Part shown: in pieces, positions 1 through 9,374 of the stretch
Numbering within the stretch: the stretch's first letter is position 1
How the letters are laid out: each line of letters opens with the position of its first letter
NCBI GenBank assembly: GCA_963761475.1
Contig: CAVXGT010000019.1
Coordinates: forward strand, 162,494-226,493
DNA length: 64,000 nt
Origin: an uncultured Alphaproteobacteria bacterium
GTDB lineage: Bacteria > Pseudomonadota > Alphaproteobacteria > Rhizobiales > Hyphomicrobiaceae
Direction of reading: 5' to 3'
Made by a program: the position numbers and the translations under genes
Notes under the pieces: generated by a model
Databases searched by the model: none
The model's input: only the letters and a program-made list of their open reading frames with translations
What the model was told of the DNA's origin: nothing

Positions 1-129
1 GGCTCATGATCAGGGGTGCCGAACCGCCTATCTCCAGGTCGGCGCCGACAATGCCGGGGCTATCCATCTCTATCGTCAGCTCGGGTTTGCCGAGGCTTAC
101 CGCTACCACTATCGAATTGCCGGGGTATG
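1..129 (+). CDS. GNAT-family N-acetyltransferase, C-terminal fragment (the 5' end lies outside the window)
   Basis: Open frame from the window edge reads ...AHDQGCRTAYLQVGADNAGAIHLYRQLGFAEAYRYHYRIAGV* and stops near 129. The (Q/R)xxGxG/A-like acetyl-CoA motif context and the 'LY..LGF' C-terminal tail are typical of GNAT. It is absent from the ORF track because there is no in-window start. Confidence 0.45.
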
Positions 130-146
130 AGCGCCGCCCGTTAATG

Positions 147-182
147 GAACAATTGAGAACATATAGCTTGCAATAAGAGAAC
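147..182 (+). promoter_or_regulatory. Candidate LexA (SOS) box region upstream of recA: GAAC-N6-GAAC at 147-160 plus a third GAAC at 179-182
   Basis: Direct GAAC repeats about 100 nt upstream of the recA ATG. The alphaproteobacterial SOS box is GTTC-N7-GTTC (equivalent to GAAC-N7-GAAC); here the spacing is N6, so the match is imperfect or an indel is present. Confidence 0.3.
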
Positions 183-249
183 ATTGAGGGTACATTTAAC
201 CAGAATTGCGCGCACACCATCACTCATGGGATAGAAGAGGGGACCTGCC

Positions 250-1395
250 ATGGCCGTTCCGGAGCTCAGGCTTGTCGAGGGGGACAAGATGGACAAGGTG
301 AAGGCGCTCGATGCAGCGCTGGCGCACATCGAAAAGCAGTTCGGCAAGGGCTCTATTATGAAGCTCGGCCAGAACGACAAGACGATCGATGTCGAAGCCA
401 TCTCGACGGGGTCGCTGGGGCTCGATATCGCGCTCGGGATCGGTGGATTGCCGAAGGGGCGGGTGGTCGAAATCTATGGGCCGGAAAGCTCGGGCAAGAC
501 GACGCTGACGCTGCAGCTGATCGCTGAGGCGCAGAAAAAGGGTGGTATCTGCGCATTCGTCGATGCCGAGCATGCGCTCGATCCCGTCTATGCCCGCAAG
601 ATCGGCGTCAAGGTCGACGAGTTGTTGATCTCGCAGCCGGATACGGGTGAGCAGGCGCTCGAGATTGCCGATACGCTGGTGCGGTCGGGTGCTGTCGATG
701 TGCTGGTGGTCGATTCGGTTGCCGCGCTCACTCCGAAGGCCGAACTCGACGGCGAGATGGGAGATTCGCTGCCCGGCCTGCAGGCGCGGCTGATGAGTCA
801 GGCGTTGCGCAAGCTGACGGGCTCGATCTCGAAATCGAAGTGCATGGTGGTGTTCATCAATCAGATCCGCATGAAGATCGGCGTCATGTTCGGCAATCCC
901 GAGACGACGACAGGCGGCAATGCGCTCAAGTTCTATTCCTCGGTCCGTCTCGATATCCGGCGCATCGGTGCGATCAAGGCGCAGGACGAGGTGGTTGGCA
1001 ACCAGACGCGCGTGAAAGTGGTCAAGAACAAGGTGGCGCCGCCGTTCAAACAAGTCGAATTCGACATCATGTATGGCCAGGGTATCTCGAAGGTCGGCGA
1101 ACTGGTTGACCTGGGTGCGAAGGCCGGTATCGTCGAGAAGTCGGGCGCTTGGTTCTCCTACAAGGGTGAGCGGATCGGGCAGGGTCGGGAGAACGCCAAG
1201 ACGTTCCTCAAGGACAATCCGGCGCTGGCTGACGAGATCGAGGCGGCCATCCGGGCCAATGCCGGGCTGATCACAGAGAAGATGCTCGCCCATCCGGAAG
1301 GGAGCGAGGAGCGGGAGGCCGGTGAGGGGCCTGATGCTGATGGGGTACTGCCGGATGAGGATTCGCCGGTGGCGCGAGCGAAGGGACGACGCTGA
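250..1395 (+). CDS. recA: Recombinase RecA
   Basis: 381 aa. N-terminus [40 protein letters not shown], Walker [11 protein letters not shown], and all canonical RecA blocks. Acidic C-terminal tail. Confidence 0.95.
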   Translation: MAVPELRLVEGDKMDKVKALDAALAHIEKQFGKGSIMKLGQNDKTIDVEAISTGSLGLDIALGIGGLPKGRVVEIYGPESSGKTTLTLQLIAEAQKKGGICAFVDAEHALDPVYARKIGVKVDELLISQPDTGEQALEIADTLVRSGAVDVLVVDSVAALTPKAELDGEMGDSLPGLQARLMSQALRKLTGSISKSKCMVVFINQIRMKIGVMFGNPETTTGGNALKFYSSVRLDIRRIGAIKAQDEVVGNQTRVKVVKNKVAPPFKQVEFDIMYGQGISKVGELVDLGAKAGIVEKSGAWFSYKGERIGQGRENAKTFLKDNPALADEIEAAIRANAGLITEKMLAHPEGSEEREAGEGPDADGVLPDEDSPVARAKGRR

Positions 1396-1528
1396 GCGGT
1401 CGCCGCCTTTGGCGTAGAAATCGGATCATGGGGATAGGGCGTGCCGGCGAGATGTCGGGATGCCCTATTGCCGTTCTGGAGCCGGTTGGTGAGTGGGTCC
1501 GTTGTCGGCCGGATGGTGTCGTTGAGGC

Positions 1529-2269
1529 TTGGAGGGTGTCGGTTTGTCGTCGGGAGCTGGAGATCGCGGGTCATCGTCTGCCCTGGTGTTGTTCTCGGGT
1601 GGGCAGGATTCGACCGTCTGTCTCGCGTGGGCGCTGACGCGTTACGAGCGCGTCGAGACGATCGGTTTCGACTATGGCCAGCGTCATCGCGTCGAGCTCG
1701 AGCAGCGACCGGCGATCCGTACGGGGCTTGCGGGGATCAATGCGTTGTGGGCGCGCCGGCTCGGGGGCGATCACGTGCTGGAGCTCAGTGCGCTTGGCGC
1801 CATCAGCGAGACTGCGTTGACGCGGCGGATGGCGATCGAGGCGGATGCGACGGGACTGCCCAATACGTTCGTGCCGGGGCGCAACCTGCTGTTCCTCGCC
1901 TATGCTGCCGCGCTCGGATGGCGGCGTGACATCGGGGTGCTGGTCGGGGGCATGTGCGAGACGGATTTTTCGGGCTATCCTGATTGCCGGTCCGACACCG
2001 TGCAGGCGATGGCGCGGGCGCTATCGCTGGGGCTCGACCGGCCGGTCAGGATTGAGACGCCGCTAATGCATCTCGACAAGGCGCAGACCTGGGCACTGGC
2101 GCACGACCTCGGCGGCCCGGGGCTTGTGGAGCTGATCGTGGAAGCGACCGTCACATGCTACAATGGGAATATCGCGTCCAGGCATGACTGGGGCGGTGGT
2201 TGTGGCGAGTGCCCAGCCTGCACGCTCCGCCGCAAGGGATGGGACGAATGGCGATCCGGGACGACTTGA
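1529..2269 (+). CDS. queC: 7-cyano-7-deazaguanine synthase QueC
   Basis: [21 protein letters not shown]-loop, GFDYGQRH, and C-terminal Cys cluster CYNG...CGECPAC, as in QueC. The exact start is uncertain. Confidence 0.85.
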   Translation: MEGVGLSSGAGDRGSSSALVLFSGGQDSTVCLAWALTRYERVETIGFDYGQRHRVELEQRPAIRTGLAGINALWARRLGGDHVLELSALGAISETALTRRMAIEADATGLPNTFVPGRNLLFLAYAAALGWRRDIGVLVGGMCETDFSGYPDCRSDTVQAMARALSLGLDRPVRIETPLMHLDKAQTWALAHDLGGPGLVELIVEATVTCYNGNIASRHDWGGGCGECPACTLRRKGWDEWRSGTT

Positions 2270-2496
2270 TCCAGGCGGTGGGCTTGGCGCTGGACGGGGA
2301 CTGGGATGGCGCGCACCGGCTGGTGCAGGCGCACGAAAGCGATGCGACGGCCTGCTGGCTGCATGCTTGCCTGCACAAGATGGAGCCTGACGAGGCCAAT
2401 AGCCGGTATTGGTATCGCCGGTCAGGGCATGCCTACGAAGAATACGGCGATGGCCGGACCGAGCTGATTGCCATCAAAGCGGCGCTCACCTACTGA
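2239..2496 (+). CDS. Small hypothetical protein (about 85 aa). It overlaps the queC 3' end in another frame
   Basis: ORF 2200..2496 with internal Met ([14 protein letters not shown]...). No recognisable domain. Weak call. Confidence 0.3.
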   Translation: MGRMAIRDDLIQAVGLALDGDWDGAHRLVQAHESDATACWLHACLHKMEPDEANSRYWYRRSGHAYEEYGDGRTELIAIKAALTY

Positions 2497-2531
2497 ACTT
2501 CCAGCGCTGTTGCAGAGATGGTTGATCTGAC

Positions 2532-2999
2532 ATGCGGCTTGCACTCTACCAGCCGGATATTCCGCAGAACGCCGGCACCATCCTGCGGCTGGCGGCGTGT
2601 GTCGGGGTTGGCGTCGATGTCATCGGGCCAGCGGGCTTCGACATGACCGACCGGGCGCTCAGGCGTGCGGGGCTCGATTATCTCGATGCGGTCGAGATCA
2701 CACGTCACGTGTCATTCGCTGCGTTCATCGCGCAGCGGGGGAGCGGTCGCCTCGTGCTGCTGACGACGCGGGGCGACACAGCGCACGTCGACTTCGGGTT
2801 TTGCGGCGACGACACGCTGCTGCTCGGCCGTGAGAGTGCGGGCGTTCCCGATGATGTGCATGCGCTTGCCGACGCGCGGGTGCGGGTGGCAATCCGGCCG
2901 GGCCTCAGGTCGTTGAACATTGCGGTCGCTGCGGCCATGGTGCTCGGCGAGGCGCTCAGGCAAACGGGAGGGTGGCAGCATCTCGATGCTACGCTTTGA
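2532..2999 (+). CDS. trmL: tRNA (cytidine/uridine-2'-O)-methyltransferase TrmL (SpoU/TrmH family)
   Basis: 155 aa. MRLALYQPDIPQNAGTILRLAAC...GLDYLD; SPOUT knot motifs at the C-terminus (LNIAVAAAMVLGEA). Confidence 0.85.
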   Translation: MRLALYQPDIPQNAGTILRLAACVGVGVDVIGPAGFDMTDRALRRAGLDYLDAVEITRHVSFAAFIAQRGSGRLVLLTTRGDTAHVDFGFCGDDTLLLGRESAGVPDDVHALADARVRVAIRPGLRSLNIAVAAAMVLGEALRQTGGWQHLDATL

Positions 3000-3068
3000 T
3001 CCCTGCCGGATGGCTGCCAGTGGACTGCGTCGACGGTGCCGGCGGCTCGGCGCATCGGGCTTTGCTGC

Positions 3069-4319
3069 ATGACGCCGAGTTCGGGCAATGCGGCGGGGCG
3101 TCCGGCGGCGGTGGCTTTCGTGCTGGTCACGGTGGTGCTCGACGTGATGGCGCTCGGCCTCATCATTCCGGTGCTGCCAAAACTGGTCGAGCACTTGAGC
3201 GGCTCGACGGCGCGTGCGGCGCTTCTCTACGGCGTGTTCGGCACGGCCTGGGCGGCGATGCAGCTACTGTTCTCGCCGGTGCTAGGTGCGCTCTCGGATG
3301 CCTATGGGCGCCGGCCGGTGCTGCTGCTTTCCAGTCTCGGGCTCGGTCTCGACTATGTGCTGATGGCGCTGGCGCCGGATCTGGTGTGGCTGTTCGTCGG
3401 ACGGGTTCTGTCCGGCATTACGGCTGCCACATTCTCGACGGCGGGAGCCTACATCGCCGACGTGACGCCGCCGGCGGAGAGGGCCGGCAAGTTCGGGCTG
3501 ATCGGGGCGGCGTTCGGGGTTGGGTTCGTGCTTGGGCCGGCGATCGGTGGGCTGCTCGGGGCGCAGGATCCGCGATTGCCTTTCTGGTTTGCGGCCGGGC
3601 TGAGCCTCGCTTGTGCGAGCTACGGTTATTTCGTGCTGCCGGAGTCGCTGCCGGCCGAGCGGCGCAGCCCGTTTCGCTGGCGGACTGCAAATCCGCTCGG
3701 GGCGCTGGCGCTGATCCGCTCGAAGCCTGGCCTCGGCGGGCTCTCGCTCGGCATGTTTCTCTATCATGTATCGCATGCCGTCTTCCCTGCCGTGTTCGTG
3801 CTGCATTCGGGTTTCCGCTTCGGGTGGGGGCCGGGCACGGTCGGTGCGGCGCTGGCGGTATTCGGTGTGTGCTCGGGCATCGTCCAGGGCGTCCTGGTGA
3901 AGCCTGCCGTGACGCGTTTTGGCGAACGGCGGATGCTGGTGTTCGGCATGGTGGCCGGGGTGTGCGGGCTGGTACTGCTGGCCTTCGCGCCGGATCAAGC
4001 TGCATTCTGGGCGGGGATGGGGATCATTTGTCTGTGGGGGTTCGTCGGTCCGGCGGCGCAGGGATTGATGACGCGGCTGGTGGGGCAAGACCAGCAGGGG
4101 CGGTTGCAGGGCGCGGGAGCCAGCCTGATGGGCGTTGCCAACCTGATCGGACCCAGCTTGTTCGCGGGGGCGTTCGCGCTTGGCATATCGGGTGGCAGCG
4201 GGGTGCTGTTTCCCGGAGCGCCTTATCTGCTGGCCGCGGCGTGTTTGTCGTTGGCACTCGCGGTTGTGCTCTATGCCACGCGTCGGGGTGGTGTGATACG
4301 CGCGCTCGAGCAGCGATAG
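3069..4319 (+). CDS. MFS transporter, TCR/tetracycline-efflux-like family
   Basis: About 12 predicted TM segments. The MFS signature GxLSDxxGRRP is present (GALSDAYGRRPVLL). ORF 3036..4319; the likely start is Met at 3069. Confidence 0.8.
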   Translation: MTPSSGNAAGRPAAVAFVLVTVVLDVMALGLIIPVLPKLVEHLSGSTARAALLYGVFGTAWAAMQLLFSPVLGALSDAYGRRPVLLLSSLGLGLDYVLMALAPDLVWLFVGRVLSGITAATFSTAGAYIADVTPPAERAGKFGLIGAAFGVGFVLGPAIGGLLGAQDPRLPFWFAAGLSLACASYGYFVLPESLPAERRSPFRWRTANPLGALALIRSKPGLGGLSLGMFLYHVSHAVFPAVFVLHSGFRFGWGPGTVGAALAVFGVCSGIVQGVLVKPAVTRFGERRMLVFGMVAGVCGLVLLAFAPDQAAFWAGMGIICLWGFVGPAAQGLMTRLVGQDQQGRLQGAGASLMGVANLIGPSLFAGAFALGISGGSGVLFPGAPYLLAAACLSLALAVVLYATRRGGVIRALEQR

Positions 4320-4525
4320 TCCGGTGCGGGGCGCTGCGTTGTTGCGCGCGAAGGGCATGGCGTGGTGTGGGTCTTCCAGGTTTGGGCCTCTCGCTGGGTC
4401 TGGTTTTCACGCCGCGGCCATTTTATGAAATTATTTTCTTATTATAGATCGAAATACCGCGCTTCTTGAGAATATTTTTTCTCATGATAAGATCTCAGCA
4501 CCTCATTCGCGCAGGAGATGCTGCC

Positions 4526-5590
4526 ATGTTCCAGGAGCTTGGTCTCGCGGGCTGGACGCCCCAAGCCGCCGCGGTCGTACTCGGTATCGTCCTTGGCCTT
4601 GCCTTCGGCGGGCTTGCCGAGCGGTCCCGCTTCTGTCTCAGGCGCGGCCTGGCAGGCTCCATTGACGAACGGCGATCTGCGCTCGGCGTATGGGCCATGG
4701 CGCTGGCCGTTGCTGTAATCGGGACGACATCGATCGTGGGCCTCGGCCTGATCGAGGCGCAGTCCCACCGCTTCCTCGCACCGCAGTTGCCGGTTGCGGC
4801 GATCATGATCGGTGGGGTGCTGTTCGGCGCCGGCATGGTGCTGGCCCGCGGGTGCGCTTCACGACTGACGGTGCTGGCCGGCACCGGTAACCTGCGGGCG
4901 CTCGCCGTGTTGATCGTGTTCGCGGTGCTGGCGCACGCAACTTTAAAGGGCGCTCTGGCTCCACTCCGCGTCTGGCTTGGCTCGTTCGGCGTCACAGTGG
5001 GGTCTGGGGCATCGTTGTCGGCGCTGCCCGGCGGTGCGCCGCTGGTTGCCGCGGTTCTCGGTGCGGGCCTCATCGCCTGGGCGATCACCTCGCGGGCACG
5101 GGGCCGCGACCTGCTGATGGGAGGATTGATAGGGGCGCTGGTGCCGCTCGGCTGGCTTGGCACGGGCTATCTGCTCAAGGATGAGTTCGCGCCGCTGCCG
5201 CTGGAGACCCTCGCGTTCACGTCTGCTGCGGCGGAAGGGCTGTTCTGGTGGGTTGCTGGCACGGCTGTTGCGCCAGGCTTCGGCGTCGGCCTGCTCGGCG
5301 GTGTCGTCGTTGGGAGCTTCCTGTCGGCGGCTGCCGGAGGCAGGCTCGCGTGGGTCGGGTTTGGCGAGGATACGCCGACCGGGCGCTATCTCGCTGGTGG
5401 GGTGCTGATGGGGATCGGCGGCGTTCTCGCCGGTGGCTGCACGGTCGGCGCCGGGCTTGCCGGGGTTTCGCTGCTAAGCGTCAGCGCTGTGCTGGCGCTG
5501 GCCTCGATCGTTGCCGGTGGCCTCGTTGCACGCTCGCTGCTGGGTGCGCAGCGTGGTCGTGTGACGTTTGATGCGATCGCGGCCAAGTAG
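4526..5590 (+). CDS. YeeE/YedE-family inner-membrane protein (thiosulfate/sulfur-compound transporter-like)
   Basis: Duplicated motifs GLAERSRFCL and GGCTVGAGLAG typical of the YeeE/YedE (TsuA) family. No adjacent TusA/YeeD-like gene. Start chosen at MFQELG; the ORF extends to 4466. Confidence 0.75.
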   Translation: MFQELGLAGWTPQAAAVVLGIVLGLAFGGLAERSRFCLRRGLAGSIDERRSALGVWAMALAVAVIGTTSIVGLGLIEAQSHRFLAPQLPVAAIMIGGVLFGAGMVLARGCASRLTVLAGTGNLRALAVLIVFAVLAHATLKGALAPLRVWLGSFGVTVGSGASLSALPGGAPLVAAVLGAGLIAWAITSRARGRDLLMGGLIGALVPLGWLGTGYLLKDEFAPLPLETLAFTSAAAEGLFWWVAGTAVAPGFGVGLLGGVVVGSFLSAAAGGRLAWVGFGEDTPTGRYLAGGVLMGIGGVLAGGCTVGAGLAGVSLLSVSAVLALASIVAGGLVARSLLGAQRGRVTFDAIAAK

Positions 5591-5702
5591 CCTGCGGTGA
5601 TCGGCCCGGTGATGGGGTGGGGCCGTCGAGAGATGCCGGCTTGGCAAGGGCTGCGAACGGTGAGACATCGTCGTTCGTGGCAGGCCGAAGCGGAGACGAT
5701 CG

Positions 5703-6632
5703 ATGGCAGGCAGCGATCCGGTGCTGCGTTCTGGGGCGCGCCAGGCGACACCTGCCCATCGTCCGGGTTTGGCGATCGTGATGATGCTCGGCTCTATGCT
5801 GGCTTTCGCCAGCATGGATGGGCTGTCAAAGCTACTCGTGCAACAGCTGCCGATTCCGCAGATCCTCTGGGTGCGCTATATCCTCTTTACGCTGTTTGTC
5901 GCCATTCTGTTGCGGCGCAAGGGTCTTGGTGCGGCGCTGCAGAGCGGCCAGCCGGTGCTGCAGACCCTGCGGGCCCTGCTCATCATCATCGAGAACGGCC
6001 TCTTCGTGCTGGCCTTCGCCTACCTACCGCTCGCCGACGTGCACGCCATTGCAGCGGTGTCGCCGCTGGTGGTGGTGGCTCTTTCCGTGCCGTTGCTGGG
6101 CGAAGTCGTGGGGCCGCGGCGTTGGCTCGCGGTGATCGCGGGCTTTATCGGCGTGCTGGTGATCGTGCGGCCGGGGTTTGCGACGCTGACTTGGCCGATT
6201 GCCATTCCGCTGGTCGCGGCGCTGCTGTGGGGGCTTTATCAAGTGCTGGTGCGGATGTGCGCGCGAACCGACACCGGCGAGACCACCTGGGCGTGGTCGG
6301 CTGTGATTGGGCTCGGGGCTACGACGCTGGTCGGCCCGTTCGTGTGGGTTTGGCCGGACGCGGTCGGGTGGAGCCTGCTGGTTGCCATCGCCATCCTCGG
6401 CAGTGCTGCCCACTTCACGCTGATCAAGGCGCTGGAGTTCTGGGAGGCCGGCGCGCTACAGCCCTACAGCTACACGCTGCTGGTGTGGGCCGTGGTGATC
6501 GGCTTTGTGGTGTTCGGGCATATGCCGGACGGGTGGACGCTTGCTGGTGCTGCGATCGTGATCGCGAGCGGCCTTTATGCGTGGCACCGCGAGCGCGTCG
6601 TGGCGCGTGCGTCGAAGGCGAATGGCCCCTGA
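5703..6632 (+). CDS. DMT-superfamily (EamA/RhaT) permease
   Basis: 309 aa, 10 TM segments, two EamA repeats (LAFASMDGLSKLL..., ...AAHFTLIKALEF). Confidence 0.75.
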   Translation: MAGSDPVLRSGARQATPAHRPGLAIVMMLGSMLAFASMDGLSKLLVQQLPIPQILWVRYILFTLFVAILLRRKGLGAALQSGQPVLQTLRALLIIIENGLFVLAFAYLPLADVHAIAAVSPLVVVALSVPLLGEVVGPRRWLAVIAGFIGVLVIVRPGFATLTWPIAIPLVAALLWGLYQVLVRMCARTDTGETTWAWSAVIGLGATTLVGPFVWVWPDAVGWSLLVAIAILGSAAHFTLIKALEFWEAGALQPYSYTLLVWAVVIGFVVFGHMPDGWTLAGAAIVIASGLYAWHRERVVARASKANGP

Positions 6633-6676
6633 CCGGGGGCTGTGACGCTTAATGTCGGCCTCGCCGGTGACGTGCC

Positions 6677-7981
6677 TCAGAGGATGAACTTCGACAAATC
6701 GGTGTTGCGGGCGAGATCGCCGATGCGCTCCTCGACGTAGGCGCCGTCGATCCTGATGGTCTGGCCGTTGCGGTCGGAGGCATCGAAGGAGATCTCGTCG
6801 AGGACGCGCTCCATCACGGTCTGCAGGCGGCGGGCGCCGATGTTTTCGACGGTGGCGTTCACGGAGGCGGCGAGATCGGCCAGCTTGTCGATGGCGTCCT
6901 CGGTGAAGTCGATGGTGACGCCTTCGGTGGCCATCAGGGCGATGTACTGCTTGATGAGGCTCGCTTCGGGCTCGGTGAGGATGCGGCGGAAGTCCTCGCG
7001 GGTGAGGGGGGCGAGTTCGACGCGGATCGGCAGGCGGCCCTGCAGCTCGGGTAGGAGGTCGGAGGGCTTGGCCAGGTGGAAGGCGCCGGAGGCAATGAAC
7101 AGGACGTGGTCGGTCTTGACTGGCCCGTGCTTGGTCGCAACCGTTGTTCCCTCGATCAGGGGGAGTAGGTCACGCTGCACGCCTTCGCGGCTGACGTCGG
7201 CGCCGGCGCGTCCGGAGTCGGAGCGCTGGCAGACCTTGTCGATCTCGTCGATGAAGACGATGCCGTCGTTCTCAACACTTCGGATCGCCTCGGCCACCAC
7301 CTGATCCTGGTCGAGCAGCTTGTCGCTTTCCTGGGTTACGAGCAACTCGTAGCTCTGGCCGACGGTCATACGGCGGGACTTGGTCTTCTGGCCGAAGGCT
7401 TTACCCATGATCTCGTTGATGTTGATCATGCCGACCTGGCCGCCAGGAATGTCGAAGGTGGGAAAAGGCGAGGCCGTATCCGCCACGTGGATGTCGATCT
7501 CCTTGTCGTTGAGCTCGTTGCCACGCAGGCGGCGGCGGAACGATTCCCGCGTCTCAGAGCGTGCACCGTCGCCAACCAGGGCATCGAGCACCCGCTCCTC
7601 CGCGTTCTTTTCGGCCTGGGCCTGGACCTCGCGACGTTTGGTTTCGCGGACAAGGCCGATGCCGACCTCGACGAGATCGCGAACGATCGAATCGACGTCG
7701 CGGCCGACGTAGCCGACCTCGGTGAACTTGGTAGCCTCCACCTTCAGGAACGGGGCGCCTGCCAGGCGGGCGAGGCGGCGCGATATCTCGGTCTTGCCGC
7801 AGCCGGTCGGCCCGATCATCAGGATGTTCTTTGGCAGGATCTCCTCGCGGAGCGCGCCCGTGATCTGTTGGCGGCGCCAGCGATTGCGCAGGGCAATGGC
7901 GACGGCGCGCTTGGCGGGGGCCTGGCCGACGATGTAGCGATCGAGCTCGGAGACGATTTCGCGTGGGGAGAAGTTGGTCAT
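6677..7981 (-). CDS. hslU: ATP-dependent protease ATPase subunit HslU
   Basis: 434 aa. [37 protein letters not shown], Walker [16 protein letters not shown], and the C-terminal HslV-activating tail ...LSKFIL. Confidence 0.95.
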   Translation of the reverse strand: MTNFSPREIVSELDRYIVGQAPAKRAVAIALRNRWRRQQITGALREEILPKNILMIGPTGCGKTEISRRLARLAGAPFLKVEATKFTEVGYVGRDVDSIVRDLVEVGIGLVRETKRREVQAQAEKNAEERVLDALVGDGARSETRESFRRRLRGNELNDKEIDIHVADTASPFPTFDIPGGQVGMININEIMGKAFGQKTKSRRMTVGQSYELLVTQESDKLLDQDQVVAEAIRSVENDGIVFIDEIDKVCQRSDSGRAGADVSREGVQRDLLPLIEGTTVATKHGPVKTDHVLFIASGAFHLAKPSDLLPELQGRLPIRVELAPLTREDFRRILTEPEASLIKQYIALMATEGVTIDFTEDAIDKLADLAASVNATVENIGARRLQTVMERVLDEISFDASDRNGQTIRIDGAYVEERIGDLARNTDLSKFIL

Positions 7982-8070
7982 TCAAGGGCCCTCGGCGGAT
8001 GCGGTGTGCCGGTGGAGCACTGGCAACGGAGACCAGGCGCCGGCAAGCGACATGTGGAGGGCTTCTTACA

Positions 8071-8493
8071 TCACATCAAGGAGAAGCGAAGCGTTGTGAG
8101 GCCGATCTTGATGGTATCGCCGTCGGAGAGCGGGCGGTCGCCGGACAGGCGCTCGCCGTTGACGCTGACGGGATTCTGCTTGCCGCCGTCGAAGATGCGG
8201 AAATCGCCGTTGGAGGAATCGTAGGCGATAACCGCGTGCTGCTGGCGCGAAATTGTGTTGTCGCCGAAATCCAGGGGGATGCGGTTGTCGGCGCTGCGGC
8301 CGACCTGGTTGGTGCCGGTGAAAACTGGCCGCTCCTGGCCTTTCCCGGGACCGTCGACGACCTTCAGGATGCCGACCTTGAGGTTCGAGGTATCAGTAAT
8401 GACCTGGGTCGGCAGGTTGTCCATATTGGCGGCGGAGCGCTGGTCGTCAGCGCCCGGCACCTGGATGGTGCGTGTCCTCTCGCGGTCGTTCAT
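8071..8493 (-). CDS. FHA-domain protein (soluble, about 141 aa)
   Basis: FHA core: VGRSADNRIPL...ISRQHAVIAYD...NGDFRIFDGGKQNPVSVNGERL...GDTIKIG. ORF 8071..8547; start taken at MNDRERTR. Confidence 0.65.
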   Translation of the reverse strand: MNDRERTRTIQVPGADDQRSAANMDNLPTQVITDTSNLKVGILKVVDGPGKGQERPVFTGTNQVGRSADNRIPLDFGDNTISRQQHAVIAYDSSNGDFRIFDGGKQNPVSVNGERLSGDRPLSDGDTIKIGLTTLRFSLM

Positions 8494-8527
8494 CGTCTTT
8501 CGTGCTCCTGGATGCAGGACGGCAGGG

Positions 8528-9118
8528 TCATGCCACGGCCTGCGCAAATCTAAAGCTCACGCCGCCGAGCGTGACCACGTCGCCATAGGCGATCCGGGCG
8601 CGCTCGGTACTGATACCGTTTACCAGCATCGGGTTCGGCTCGGGACGGGTTGCCGTGAGGTTCTCGATTTCCGAGCTGCCATCACCGCGAACGACAAGGC
8701 GCGCATGATGCCGGCTGATGCGAACGTCGGCTATACGTACGTCGTCCTCGCTGTGGCGGCCAATCACGACTTCGCCACGATGCAGGGGAAAGCGGCCCCA
8801 CTTGCCCTCGAAATCGAGCACCGCGACCGGCATGTCCTCGGCAAAGGGCATGATCTTGGTGTTGGGCGCGTCCTCGCAGGGGAGCACGACGGAGTTGGTC
8901 TCGCTCGCAATCGATGGGACGGGCGCACCCGACATTGCGGTGGGGGGTGGCGTCCTGATCTGCTGCGGGGCCATGACGCGCTCTGCGGCGCGCTCCGCGG
9001 CGGGGGTGGGCTGATGGGCAAAGCGCGCCGGCTGGACGGCCTGGCGGCGGCGCAGCAGCCAAAGCCCGCTGGCGGCACAGGCCAGTCCGATCAGCATATA
9101 GACGAGCCAGTCGTGCAT
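8528..9118 (-). CDS. Membrane-anchored FHA-domain protein (N-terminal TM helix, Pro-rich linker, C-terminal FHA)
   Basis: TM segment LVYMLIGLACAASGLWLL; FHA motifs GEVVIGRHSEDDVRI...ISRHHARLVV...NPMLVNG. The ORF extends to 9187 (alternative start). Confidence 0.6.
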   Translation of the reverse strand: MHDWLVYMLIGLACAASGLWLLRRRQAVQPARFAHQPTPAAERAAERVMAPQQIRTPPPTAMSGAPVPSIASETNSVVLPCEDAPNTKIMPFAEDMPVAVLDFEGKWGRFPLHRGEVVIGRHSEDDVRIADVRISRHHARLVVRGDGSSEIENLTATRPEPNPMLVNGISTERARIAYGDVVTLGGVSFRFAQAVA

Positions 9119-9374
9119 CAGGGCCTGCGCTTGATCCGCGGAAGGATAATCACCTCTATATACTAGACTATCTGCCTCGAAAGTCACGTCAATTTGCGCA
9201 TCATCGTCAATCCGCGCTTACCATCGGACGTTGCGGGCGGGCGCCGGCCGGTTGTCAAGGCCGCAGCCGGGAGCTTGTGGCGGGCGCTCAGGGCCGGCTT
9301 GCCAGCGCTGGCGGTATCGTGGACGTTAGCTGCGATAACAAGCCGGCGGCGGCTCGATTATGGGAGACATTGGC

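Noticed and set aside
220-1293. 357-aa ORF on the minus strand fully antisense to recA
   Set aside because: Arg/Leu/Asp-rich composition typical of antisense translation of a high-GC gene. recA on the plus strand is unambiguous.
2972-4447. 491-aa Gly/Ala/Arg-rich ORF (+) and the 358-aa ORF at 3282..4358 (-) overlapping the MFS transporter
   Set aside because: Low-complexity, stop-codon-poor alternative frames of a GC-rich membrane-protein gene. The MFS frame shows proper TM periodicity and family motifs.
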